Part shown: in pieces, positions 51,427-64,000 of the stretch | How positions within the stretch are numbered: the first letter of the stretch is position 1 | How the letters are laid out: each line of letters begins with the position of its first letter | Origin: Owenia fusiformis | Lineage: Eukaryota | Direction: 5' to 3' | Assembly (NCBI GenBank): GCA_903813345.2 | Contig: CAIIXF020000001.1 | Location: 7,564,001-7,628,000 of the forward strand | Length of the DNA stretch: 64,000 nucleotides | Notes under the pieces: model-generated | Database searches by the model: none | The model's input: the letters and a program-made list of their open reading frames with translations, nothing else | Told to the model about the DNA's origin: nothing | Made by a program: the position numbers and the translations under genes

Positions 51427-52028
51427 TTGATTAATATTAATCAGATATTTTGATGTCAAACTGAAATGTAACTTTTTATCATGAATTATGCCACCGTTTT
51501 TGTTTGGTCATAATCACTGAGTTTGTGTTCATTTCATCACCTTATTTTTAACTTCAGTTGAGTCACTCAATACTCCAAGCATTATTTTGATACTTAAAAC
51601 ATGGTCAGAATCACTTGCAAATCACAGATATTTAGCTTTAAGCACAAATTTCGATCTTACTTTTTTTTGGCCAAAACTCCACGCATGGACATGACCTCAT
51701 ATATATTTATAGATCGCCGAGAAATGTAAAAGAAAAATTTTCTGACAAGTTACAAAAATATGGAAGTTGAATAAACATAAAATATCACTGATCAAAGCCC
51801 CTGGCATGAGAAAAAAATTATTTAGAATTTTCTTTTTTTCTAAGTTACCGGATTTCATTATGTTATGTTAGATATTAGATAGATGGTGCTGACTATGCAC
51901 CAAACCAATGTCGTTAATGTAGTGAGTTAATAGCTCACTACATTTAACTACATTGGTTTGGTGGCATCATTCATGATAAAAAGTTACATTTCAGTTTGAC
52001 ATCAAAATATTTTATAAATATTAATCAA
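51427..52028. mobile_element. MITE with ~70-bp TIRs
   Basis: TTGATTAATATT...ATTTTGATGTCAAACTGAAATGTAACTTTTTATCATGAAT and its reverse complement at about 51960-52028. Confidence 0.65.
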
Positions 52029-52129
52029 TACGATTTGAGTTTTCACTAATTAGCATAGGCCAAGGGTAAAGTAATAGTCAACTTACGGGGTGCAGAGGTC
52101 ATGGCACCCCCTCTAGTAATGGATATAAG

Positions 52130-55080
52130 TTATATGAGTTTATGCAAAGAAATATCTTAACCGCTGTCGACATGACAGACCTGACAACTGGTCCAAAACA
52201 CACTTTTGAAATGGCTAGAAACAACGTCCTCCATGTTAGTTATATTGACCATGTAATTATATCATACTCTCTGCGCAACACTGTCGTATCATGTTCTATC
52301 TCTGAGGATGAACCAGATAACACATCGGATCATCTTCCCATTCATACAGCATTAAATTTAAATACTCAGATCGAACGATGTCCTGATATTCAAGCTCCAA
52401 GAGGTTTTTCATGGGATAAACTTACAATTGATGAAATCAATGAGTCTTACACAAACTCTGTCTCAATAAAATGTAATGAGATTTTAATTGAATTGAATGC
52501 TATTCTTTCTAATCGGTCTTTAAATGAAGCAGAAATCGACCTCTTTATTAATAAACTAATTGACAGTTTATTGTTGTCGTCAAACAATCATATACCAAAG
52601 AAGAAATTCCTAAAATATGTGAAGCCTTTCTGGAACCCCACGTTAACGTCTTTGGCTAAAGACAAAAAGACAAAATGGCACACATGGGTATCTCAGGGAA
52701 GACCCCGCGATGTTACAGATCCGGTGCGAATCGAATATAAAGAATCCAAGAAAATATTTTCTAAAGCTTATCAAGCTGCACAATTAGAATACGAAAAGGA
52801 TGAACTTGAAAAATTGTATAAATCTGAACATTCTGATCAACGTTTTTATTGGTATCTGGTTAACAAACACCGTAGATCATCAAAGAAATCTGTAAATCCA
52901 ATACTCGCTGATGATGGTCATCTGATTACTGACGCAAATGAGATCAGAGAACAGTGGAAATATCATTTCGAAAAACTTGCAACCCCATTAGATAAACCTA
53001 CGTTTAAGCTCTGAATTCTAAGCGTGCATGTGGTTATGATCAAATCAGCGCGGAACATTTGAAATTCGGAGGGGTTGACATGGTCCAAACAATTGCGATT
53101 ATCTACAATATAATACTCCAGTCAGCATATATTCCAAATAACTTCTGTATTGATACAATGATTCCTCTCGTAAAAAATGGTAAAGATCCACTCGTTAAGG
53201 ACAACTCTAGGGGTATCACGCTGATGACAATGCTACGGAAATTGTTTGACAATATTATTTTAGTCCAAATAAATGCACCTGTTCTAAAAGCTATTCCAAA
53301 ATTACAAGGGGCAGCAGTCGAAAAATGCTCGTCCATTCATACATCACTTCTTGTACAAGAAACTATTTCTGAAAATGTAGAACAGGGTAAAATGGTTGTG
53401 GTAACAGTAACAGATATCCGAAAAGCCTTTGATTCCGTATGGATAGATGGTCTTCTCGTCGAACTCTATAACTGTGGAATTCAAGGTATAATATGGAAAA
53501 TTTTATACATGTTGTACAAACGCTATTGTTGTTCAGTTTTGGTGGGTGGGAAATGTTCTGACTTGTTTCCAGTTTTACAAGGTGTACATCAAGGCGGTGT
53601 CTTGTCCATGCTCTTCTACCAACTCTACATGGCTGATATAATCGATTCCATGATTAAAGGTAACAAGGGAGCCAATGTAGGCTCCTTGAGCTGTGTAAGT
53701 CCATCATATGCTGATGATATGTGCATCTTATCCAACTCCTTCGAAAATATGCAATCACTACTAGATCAACTCTATGCGCACAGTAATCAGTGGCGATATG
53801 AAGTCCATCCAGATAAATGTTTATTTCTTGTCTTTAATAGCAAAATTGAATTAGGTGCCACTCAGAAACTTAAGATCGGAGGCAAATCAATCGTAAAATC
53901 TGACTATGTAAAACATGTTGGAATTCCAATTTCAACAAATAACAATATCTCTGATTATGTACAAGATAAATGCAAGAAGGGCAAATTACAATACAATGCG
54001 CTTCTCGGTATTGGAAGTGGTTGTGGAGGCCTAGTCCCAACATCCGCATGTCAAATATACAAAACGTACTCCATTCCTACAATGACATACGGTGCTCAAA
54101 TTATTAACTACCAACAGAAAGACATAGATGTTTTAGAGAAAACACAGAGAGAAATAGGGCGTAGAATCCAGTCTCTACCTCACTCAGCTAGTATCCCCGT
54201 TTCGACTTTACCCATCGGCCTCATGGATGTTGAATATTATATTGCCTTCCTAAGGATGATGTTTCTTTGGAGTTTATTGCAACTCCCTAGCGCAAACATA
54301 TATAAATGTCTGTTCATCACAAGATTTGTAAAAATGTTGCATATTAATAGGGGAAGTTGTACTTTTTCGCCAATCGAGCGCATGCTACAAACATCACGAA
54401 AATACAACTTGAATAACCATATTTTAAATATGCTATACTGTAACACTATTATTCCCAAAAGTAGGTGGAAGAACATTGTGTTCACTCAAATAACAAAGGT
54501 TCAAATGCAAGCGACATTCTTTAAATCGATCATGTACAAGGGACTAGGCTATTTTAGAATGGGTAATTTCGAGGTACTGAGGCCAGTTATATGGTGGGAT
54601 GTTGCAAGACGTTTTCCTGTTGCTTTTAATGGGTGCAAAATAATGGTGAAACTACTTATGGATGAACATTCGCTTAACTCCAATTATAGGGGTAGCGAGA
54701 ATAAATCACTGTCATGTTTATTGTGCGACACCTACGAAAAAGAAGATGTGGAGCATTTTTTACTTAAATGCCCTTCAAATGAATATGTCATATTCAGAGA
54801 ACAACTTAATACTCATTGTTATGAATGGGATATCCAAATGAATGTTAAAAACCTCCTTGGCATTGGTACGGAAGAATGGCATTTTACAAACGAACAAGCA
54901 CTTGAGTGTCTAAAAGATATTGCATGTATAGTCATGCAACAATATACGTGCCGTCAGCGAAATCTAACAAACGTATACACTTAATGTAACTTCATTCAGT
55001 GGAGGAGGGTGGCCCTCAAGGGAGGTACATGGGCCGACTAGGGGACTATCCTCTCTCTCTGAAATATAATTAATATCTAA
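52130..55080 (+). mobile_element. 5'-truncated, inactivated non-LTR retrotransposon (APE-RT; RTEX-like by inference)
   Basis: EN C-terminus (SYIDH, TSDHLP), RT (QGVHQGGVLS, YADD, HVGI) and a C-terminal CxxC...HFLLKC motif. Boundaries are approximate. Confidence 0.88.
52142..54984 (+). pseudogene. LINE ORF2 broken by a frameshift near 53005
   Basis: Frame A ends LATPLDKPTF and frame B resumes ALNSKRACGYDQISAEHLK. The usual linker between them appears deleted. Confidence 0.85.
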
Positions 55081-55595
55081 CTATTATGGATGAACAGTAC
55101 CAAGCTTGGGGAAGGTACAATGATAAGCAATGCTTTCTTGCTCTTTTTGTTGATTGGTAGTTGCAACGTCAACGCGGCAGCCTGACGTTTTTGCAACAAA
55201 CGATTGTGTCTCTTAAGCAGCCTGTACATTTTTGGTTTTACTCGCATATTTGTATTTATATTTATGTACATTTACTATACATACTAATTTAGAATTGCAC
55301 CATATAGCAACACCACCAACCTTTAATTAACATAAATTGTATATTTATTTTACTAGCCTACAACATATTGAAAGGATCTCATACTTTCATACAGTACTAC
55401 AGTACCGACCTTGGGGAAGGTACGATGATATGCTATGTCTTCTTTTTAATTTTATAGAAAATGCAGCTCCATAATGTCATTTTTTGATTAATCTCAAGAG
55501 TGTTAGGTACAGGTCTATTTAGGCCTACGGCGTTCGTCTACGCGGTAGCTAGGCGTCGTTGTCGGTTCAAAAAAAACCAAAACAAATAACAAAGC

Positions 55596-57356
55596 CAGGC
55601 CCGTAAGACACTTTTCTCCAAGGGGGGTGCGGTTTTTAGCTCACTAAAGAGAATATAAAATTGTCATTTTTTTGCCGCGTAAATCAAATCGCGTAAGACA
55701 GAGGGGGGGGGGGGGGGGTCAGTTACTCCCTATATTGGTTTGGAATTAACAAATGCATGCAACTTCCAATTGTTTTGTGGGGGGGTGAGGAGTGGTCCAC
55801 TCCCCCTAGAAAATTTTACAGTTTTGAGATGCTATTTGGTGCTTTCAAAGTGTAAGTTTCTAAGTAGTACGCCACCACCAAGGGAATAAGAATTGAGTGA
55901 ATAAAAAACCAAGCATTCAGGGGGGGGTCTGGGGGTTCTCCTCCAGGAAAATTTTGAAATTTGGTTGTATTTGGAGCGAATTTGCAACCATCTGGTACGC
56001 CTGTGCGTTATGAGTCAATAAGAAAAATGTGAATTTTTTTCAAATTCTTTTGGGGGTGTCAAAGAGGATGAGAGGGTGAAGTGGGATGGGGTGCCAGTAG
56101 GTGAGCAAGGGGTTGTCCCCCAGAAACATTGACCATAATATCAAGGTGCTATTTGATGATGTCTGGGCACTTAAAAAATGTCTGAGACAATACATGAAAT
56201 TCCGAATATTTTCTTTTGTTTTGTGGGGGATGTGAGGGATGGCTAACTCTCCTAGAAAATTTTACAATTTAAAGATGATATTTGGTGCTTCTGGGCACTT
56301 TTAAAGTGTATTAGTCAATAAAAACATTGAAAAACAATCACAATTTTTTCAAATTTTGAGAGTGTCAAAGGGGGGGGGGGGGGGGGTGGGGGGTGCCAGA
56401 GGGGGAGGTGGGGCTGGGGTGCCAGAGGGGGAGCAAGTGTTTGTCCCCAATAACAAAATTTACAATATCAAGGTGCTATTCGATGAAGTTTGGGCACTTT
56501 AAAAGTGTCTGTGCCTAAAAGTGCCTATTTCCCAAGAAAATTTTACAATTTTAAGATGCTATTTGGTGCTTTCTGGGCACTTTCAAAGGGTATGAATCAA
56601 TAAAAAAAAATTTGAAAATCTCCATTTTGGGGGGGGATGTTAAGGAAGGGGGGCTGCCAGAGGGGGAGGTTGAGTGGGGATGCCAGAGGGCCAGTAAGTG
56701 TTAGTCTTCCAGAATCATTAACTTTATCAAGGAGCTATTTGATGATGTCTGGGCAATTTAAAAGTGTCTGAGACAATACATAAAAAAAATCAGAACTTTT
56801 CCATTGTTTGGGGTGTGAAGGGTGGCCCACTCCCCCTAGAAAATTTTACAATTTTATGACGCTATTTGGTGCTTTCTGGGCACTTTCAAAGTGTATGAGT
56901 CAATTAAAGAATTTGAGAAAATCACAATTTCTTTTTTTTGGGGGGGGGGGGGTCAAGCGGGGCGGGGGGGGGGGCGCCAGAGGGGGGGGGAGGTTATGCA
57001 AGTGCAAGATGCAAGAGGGGGAGTAAATCCCCCAGAAACAATAACTATATCAAGGAGCTATTTGATGATATCTGGGCACTTTAAAAGTGTCTGAGACAAA
57101 ACTCTAAAATAAATTTAGAACTTTTCCATTGTTTTGTGGGGGGTGTGAGGGGTGGCCAATACCCCTAGAAAAAATTTACAATTTTAAGATGCTATTTGGT
57201 GCTTTCTGGGTACTTTCAAAGTGTATGAGTCAATGAAAAAAAAATTACAAAAAAAATATTTTTCAAAAAAAAAAAATTTTTCAAATTTATTTTGGGGGTT
57301 GACAAAGGGGGGTGCGGTCGCACCCATCGCACCCCCCCCCCCATCTGACGGCCCTG
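55596..57356. mobile_element. Non-autonomous element with CAGG...CCTG ends, a 5-bp TSD and an internal G-rich tandem array
   Basis: AAAGC|CAGGCCCGTAAGA ... TCTGACGGCCCTG|AAAGC. Internal repeats of GCTATTTGGTGCTTTCTGGGCACTTT with poly-G runs; subterminal GGGGTGCG...CGCACCCC hairpin. Confidence 0.8.
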
Positions 57357-57471
57357 AAAGCAATGAGCGTTTGAAAATATAGTTACTTAATATTGCGTTA
57401 CAATTAGGTGCTAGGCCAATCTTGGTCTGCGGCGTGCGTCTACGCGGTAGCTAGGCGTCGTCGTCAGTTAA

Positions 57472-58228
57472 GGTGCTATGGAAGTTAACAGGAAATGACA
57501 AAACAGGAAGTGACAATTTTTTTTGCATTTTTAGATATTTTTTGAATAAAGATAACAGAGTTCTGGTTTGACCTCCAGTCAATTTAACTATTTCCACATA
57601 TCATTTACATGACCAGGATCACAATGTGCATGGTCAGAATGACCCTAAACATGATGAAATAACCTTTTTAGCCCTTTGAAAGTGTGACTGAAAAAAAGCT
57701 AAAAGTAGGAGCGTAGGGAAGGTCACTGAACAGAATCTTTTGAATTTTTCAGAAAATGTGCCCAATATATTGCTTTAAATGATACAATCTTTGAAAATTT
57801 GATATCATTCATAGAAAAAGAAAAAAAATGAAAAAACTGATTTGAAAAGCGATCCATTTTCCTTTTTATGACCGCCATTTTTGTTTAGGACAATTTTCTA
57901 AAATTTCAAAGATTGTACTAGTTAGAGCATTATATTGGGCACATTTTCTGAAAAATTCAAAAGATTCTGTTCAGTGACTATCCCTACGCTCCTACTTTTA
58001 GCTTTTTTTCAGTCACACTTTCAAAGGGCTAAAAAGGTTATTTCATCATGTTTAGGGTCATTCTGACCATGCACATTGTGATCCTGGTCATGTAAATGAT
58101 ATGTGGAAATAGTTAAATTGACTGGAGGTCAAACCAAAACTCTGTTATCTTTATTCAAAAAATATCTAAAAATGCAAAAAAAATTGTCACTTCCTGTTTC
58201 GTCATTTTCTGTTAACTTCCATAGCACC
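57472..58228. mobile_element. 757-bp near-perfect foldback MITE, Kolobok-type ends
   Basis: TTAA|GGTGCTATGGAAGTTAAC ... GTTAACTTCCATAGCACC|TTAA; arms of about 330 bp with few mismatches. Confidence 0.9.
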
Positions 58229-59287
58229 TTAAAAAGCAACGACATTGTTTGTTTGTAAATAGTGATTATTTTCAATTTAACATAAATTGTATACATGTAT
58301 CTCCTTTATATAAAGGGCAATAAATATATACATACATACAATAGTAAGCCGTATATAGAAGAGACAGGTGAACAACTCTGACTTAGACCACTTGTTAAGA
58401 TGGAGATTTCAACAATATTTAGTGTATTATTTTCAAAAAGCCATGGGGAGTTGATAGATACAGAAAATTGATAGTTTGTAGCTCTTACCTAAGATTGAAA
58501 CTCGGTCAGATGATATAGAGTGAATAATTCTGTCTAAAAGAGAGAATTTCTGAAAACCTACAAGTTCATTAGTAAACAAGTGATCTGATTGGTCACTGCT
58601 GACCTCCCTGACCTCCACCAGTGACAATCAGTTTCAGCTTGCCAGGCAATTGCAGGTATCCATAGTTGTTGTTTTATATGCAGTATTATATGCTGTTTTT
58701 AGATAAAGATTTGAAAAAAACAATGATATAAGTTTGAAAAACACTTTGAAGAAGATTTTGGAGAGATTTGGGAATACAATTTGATACCAGTAAGGAGAAC
58801 TAGTGCCAAGACTAAAAAAATTTGAAAATTTTTCAATCTTACTTGTGGACCTGTCTCTTTTATATACAGCTTACTATTACTTTTCCCTTGGCCTATGCTA
58901 ATTACAGTATTGGGTCTGCATATGCCGAGACATAGGTATACAATCCCCGGGGATAAGAGCATTTTAACGAACGTTTCGTTCAGTGTTCAAATTATTCCGG
59001 AAGTCTATTTTCCTGAAAAAGGTAAATAATATACTTTTTTACTTATTTACACGATTTATATATCAAATATGTTGAATGCGTAATATATCGTGAAAGAAAA
59101 CAATGCATTCTCGTACGTATTGATATCACGATCCTTAGTAAGGTCCTAATTGCATGGAAATCACAGAATTGGAGGTTAGGTTTCTCAAAATAAAACAAGA
59201 AAATGAAAATTCAATGTTTTTATTAGAAAATCGCTCAGCGCAAAATCGTATCCTCATTCCTCAAGCACAAATAATCTACCGTGAAGC

Positions 59288-60409
59288 CACAGATGTTGGC
59301 CAGATCGTTTTTTAGTAGCATCTCATGTAGTGTAGCAACAATTGACTCGTGGACTCGAATACAACACGCCAAACCCTGTAAATACGATTCATCGATTGGT
59401 AAATTCTGACTCAAATTGAAAAAAATTATGAAGAAAATGTGATTTACCCACCTTTCAACCGCAATTTACGTAAAAAACACATCCAATATACAACATTTCT
59501 GTACAATGTTGAGCAATGATACCTTCCTTAATATGTAGCATTATAGTTTGAGACCTTAAGTTTGGAATAATAAATCAAATACAATAAGCTTTCTCGTGTT
59601 TGTTTTTATTTATTACATCCGGTTGCGCATGTGCAATGCAATGTTTAAGTAGGTCAAACCAATTGGCGTAAATGGCTAAACTTTTTACTTTTCAATGCAA
59701 AACAAGAACATATAAAGTGTATTGAGTTATTCTATTTGAATAATTTGATGAGTATGTTGGAGTTATTCAAGGTAGGTTGAGCTGAGAACACTTTAAAACA
59801 TAGCTACCAGAAGTGAAAGTTTGTAACTTTCCAAAAAAAGTTTTTCTAAACTTTTTTCCAAAATCAGTCATTTTAATCGCGAATAAATCGAGTGTTCAAG
59901 AGCCTCTACATGAGTAGGATAATTCACACGAGTCCCACCACTAATCTCATAGGCTAAAAGAATAATTCAGAAGATATGACACCAAATTGGAAAATTTAAA
60001 AACATCTTTCAAAACATTCCTTATACAAAATGGTTTATCTTGTTTAGAACGTAGAGATAGTCTTGGAACGAGATAACAAAATGGTACCTGCTGCCCAGTG
60101 ACAGATTTGCACTTAATTTATAGCTGAGATCTTCACCTGGGACGGGGGGGGGGGGGGGGGTTATCCGTGACAGGGGTACTGGTCAAATTTTTGTACAGGG
60201 GGGTACGTGCCACTGAGACTCAAAATATCTACCAACATTTAGGGATTTTTTTCTTTAATAATAGACCCACATGTAGGGGTTTTCTTTCAAAAATAGACGC
60301 ACTTCAAGGTTAATTTTTAAAAAGCAAGACCCACTTCTTGGTGTCTCATCTCGAGGAATATTTATTGAGCTACTGATCCTACTACTAAAGAATCTGGCGG
60401 GGATCTATG
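59288..60409. mobile_element. Longer member of the MITE family at 1360-1687
   Basis: Shared CACAGATxTTGGCCAGATCG left end, ATCTCATAGGCT.AAAGAATAAT block and GAGGAATATTTATTGAGCTACTGATCCTAC right end. Confidence 0.6.
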
Positions 60410-63400
60410 GGGCAAGTAATATATTACCTGAACTACGTGCTAGATGCTAGAATTTTTATTATATGTCTATATATATTCAATAAACCAAGTATTCATAATT
60501 TACAAATCAGATATGTGTTTTGCAATTTGAAAGTTTTTTATTTTTCTGGTGATGGGGATCTGAGTTCATAAATTTCATGAGATAGGCTATCCAACTGTCC
60601 TGCAATTTGCATATTTGTCACACATTTGCAGAAGAAACTTAAGTTTTTTTACGTGACAATATGCCACACAAATACGTATTTTTCCTGAGTATTGTGTAGC
60701 AAAAGTATTTCAGGAAAGAACATAAAACACAAACACTGAAAAATGAAAGCCGAACAAATCAAATGCTGTTCGTTCATTATTTTCATGCGAAGTGTGTATA
60801 CGTCAATTGGGAAATCAACCAAACATGACTGTGAAGGCAGTATTCTCAGGAAGAAAAATTGAATCGAACAAATTCAGATTAATAATGAAAACCATATTGG
60901 GTTCAACTTGTTGAACTACAAAACTACATACAGTAAAACCTGTCCGATGGAATGCCTCTCTGTAGGGAAAACCTATGAACAAGGAATGCTTTTCAAAAGA
61001 ACTGAATAATTTTCCATTGACTTACATGTTGATGGACCCTCTCTGTAGGGAAAACCTGTGAACAGGGAACAAGGAACACTTTTTTGGAGCAAATTATGAA
61101 AAATCACCTGTTAACAAGGAATATGGAATATTGGTGACACTGTATATTCCATTATTTTTCAGAGGTGTGAAACTGAAACAGTGAAAGTCTTAAGCCAATA
61201 TCTGATTCTAAAAGGTAAAATGTTTGTTTAAGCAGTGAATAATGATAGGCCCTTAAAAAGGTGAAATTCAGCATGAGTTGCAGGATGTCATACAAAGCAC
61301 GAACCAAGGTTGAGTACATTTGTACTGACATTCTGTTCAACGAGTGTGAAATTTTGAATATTGATATCGCGCCTATCGTAATTTGTTCTGATTCATACAT
61401 AAAAGATGAAGTTACATTCTCTCGTCAATTCGTCATTTGCCATCCCCAGACACAGTCTTAGATATGACGTCACACAATGAAATTCAGATTTCCAGGTGTG
61501 CATGGTGCACAGTCGTTCATATATGGAGAATAAGGGAATGTCTATGCTGCATTTTGATTGGTTGGGAGAGAATCTCAATTAGAGAACGGTAATGTGTAAA
61601 TATGTCACAAATTATGTGAATGAATTTAGAATGGCTAAGTGATATTTAGATTATTTGTTTGTTTACATGTAGTTGTTTATGGGGCAATATGTGTCTGACG
61701 TCAAAGATAATGGTGTCATATTCAAACCATTCATTACCAAGAGTTATTTGATGTCCTGATTTTGTGTATTACACCATTGTACGATTGCGTAATTTTAGCC
61801 AATTTTAGCTCTTTTTGACATGATGTGGAGAACATTAAAAATAAAATAATGTGTCAGTATTTTTTTAAAAGATAATAATGTGTTAATTTAGGTTAGATTC
61901 TATAAATCTAATTGATTAATGTGAAGTGAAATTACAGGAGCAAACCAGATCCATAGATTGAGATCTCCCATCTTAGCAAACTACTTGTGGCTGCCTATGG
62001 CAGAGATCTCAAAAATATTTTGGGGGATTTAGCATTAGAGCTGCTTAGGCCATGATCATGTGGTTTCAAGATAGAGCTAAGATGACACCTACACCACCCA
62101 TGAGATGTTCAATGCAATGTTCTAAAATATCCTAAAGCCATGTTCCAGACACATTTAAAGAACTTGTTTACTTGAAAATTGCTTCAGAATTTGTTAATTT
62201 GTGTCTGACAACTTGGTCTAACTATATCTGAGACCTCCTCAAAGAGGTGCAAATAGTCTCAATATTATATTTGGATGGAGTGTTTCATTACTGAAACTAA
62301 ACAAAAAAATGCTCTAGAGTAGGAGAAATGGTGGGTGGGAATGACGAGCCATCTGACGGTTTTCCAAATAATGGGAATAAGAAGCATGTGTTATTATTTA
62401 TTTCTAGTATACCATTCGATAGGTGTGATATTCATAACATCATCTAATGTAGGCTTAAGCCGGCTTGTTGCACGTGTAGCACCACCAAGTTTGGAAGTTT
62501 AAATTTGCCTAACAAGTACAACACGTTATTAAGAGAGAGATTCGATTCCAAACTCTTCTCTAATAATCTGAAAATAATATTAAAAAAATGGTAAGAGCGT
62601 TTCTAAAATTGTGTCCAAAATTGATGGACTGTTTCAAGGAAAACAAGCGATTTCTCGAGAACAAGTAATGGTTTTGGATTGGGATTTTAGCAAATGAGAA
62701 TATACAAGTTTGTGATCTACTACTTTAACAGAAAGATTGACGTTTTCATATAAATACCAGTTTAATTCGTAATTTGTGGTCAATTCGTCAACTTCAGATT
62801 AGTTCAATCTACACTACGGAGCTTTGATCAAGCAAATAACAATTTACCATCAGAAGTTGAATAAATAAGATCTTTGCTCAGGGTATTGTTCATCAAATGG
62901 TACATAATTTGTCACCATAATGTATGATATGTTAAAGGAACGAGTGAAACAGTATTTACGGTCATATTGGGATCTTCATTAGCCGCCATTTTATTTCATT
63001 GATGAAACGCTCCGTTGTGCATGTAAGAGCGTTTGGGTTGGACAACGTGAATGATATGTTTATTGTTTAAGTAATATGGACTGAAGAGCAGGTATTATAT
63101 CAACAAATAAATACTGCAGGGCTAGGCACAAACGTTTTCTGTACCCGAAGTGTTGAAAGGAGTGAGGGGTTCAAAAGTTTTTGTGCCTTACCCTAAAGTA
63201 TTTATTATTCGATAAAATACCTGATCTGAGGTCTACATTATGATTCGGACATGAAAACTCACAAAATTTTGCAAATTCGTCACTCCATTTTATTTCCGGT
63301 AGAAATATAGCACTGAACGAAACACTTAGTACAGATCAGGTATTGCATCTACTAATAAATACAGTTTATAGAAGGCGTGATTACAGTCATGTTCAAATTT

Positions 63401-63420
63401 TTGTTAAAAACATGTTTAAA

Positions 63421-63630
63421 AGATTCAAATAAGCTTCATTTACTGTGAGTTCTGGATTCCAAATAAGCTTCATTTACTGTGAATTCTGGATTCCAAATAA
63501 GCTTCATTTACTGTGAATTCTGGATTCCAAAAAAGCTTCATTTACTGTGAATTCTGGATTCCAAATAAGCTTCATTTACTGTGAATGCTGGATTCTAAAT
63601 AAGTTTCATTTACTGTGAATTCTGGATCCC
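63421..63630. repeat. 34-bp minisatellite, ~6 copies
   Basis: Unit AAATAAGCTTCATTTACTGTGAATTCTGGATTCC. Confidence 0.9.
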
Positions 63631-64000
63631 CAAAAAATTTAGCATTTTCATTTTCTCTATGTTTTGAAGACACAGATATCCCATTTCATGAAGCAAAAAT
63701 ATAGTCAGGAACCATAGCCAGGAAGAAGAAAGCGAGGAGGCAAAAAATATTTCCAAATCAGTTAAAAAAGTAATGAGTGATGAAATTGTGCACAATTGAA
63801 TAAAAAATTGATGATTTGAATTAATTTACAACTCATCATTGATAAAGGAATATTTCAAAAAGGATGATAAAAAGTGATGAGGCAGGCGCTAGAGATAATT
63901 GAAAAACATGAACATAAACATGAATGAAATCCACATCATTTTTTTCATTACTTTTTTTTGGACTAAGAATAAGAGTTAGTTTGAGAATGAGAGTGACTTT

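Overview
AT-rich animal genomic DNA, most likely a lophotrochozoan (annelid/mollusc-type neuropeptide and repeat content). I found three spliced genes. (1) The 5' end of DMAP1 on the minus strand (coding exons 960-871 and 427-336). (2) A head-to-head, complete 11-exon MCCC2-like carboxyltransferase gene on the plus strand (6356-31721, 564 aa), whose 18.3-kb ninth intron is filled with mobile DNA. (3) A LFRFamide/RYamide (sNPF-type) neuropeptide precursor on the minus strand (43736-41552, 190 aa). The rest is mostly transposon-derived. The most unusual structures are: (a) between DMAP1 and MCCC2-like, two related non-autonomous composite DNA transposons with ~468-bp long terminal direct repeats (KolobokP-like), one nested in the other. 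Their internal regions share conserved paired 19-bp palindromes, and the outer element integrated aberrantly with a 79-bp target duplication. (b) An 86-bp satellite (~17 units) whose monomer is a chimera of a LINE 5' end and that LINE's own target site. The same junction amplification appears in miniature at a second LINE, which has an intact ORF2 and a truncated 2A-like NPGP motif. (c) Nested tandem duplications inside the large intron. No database searches were possible, so family names come from recognising motifs and architecture.
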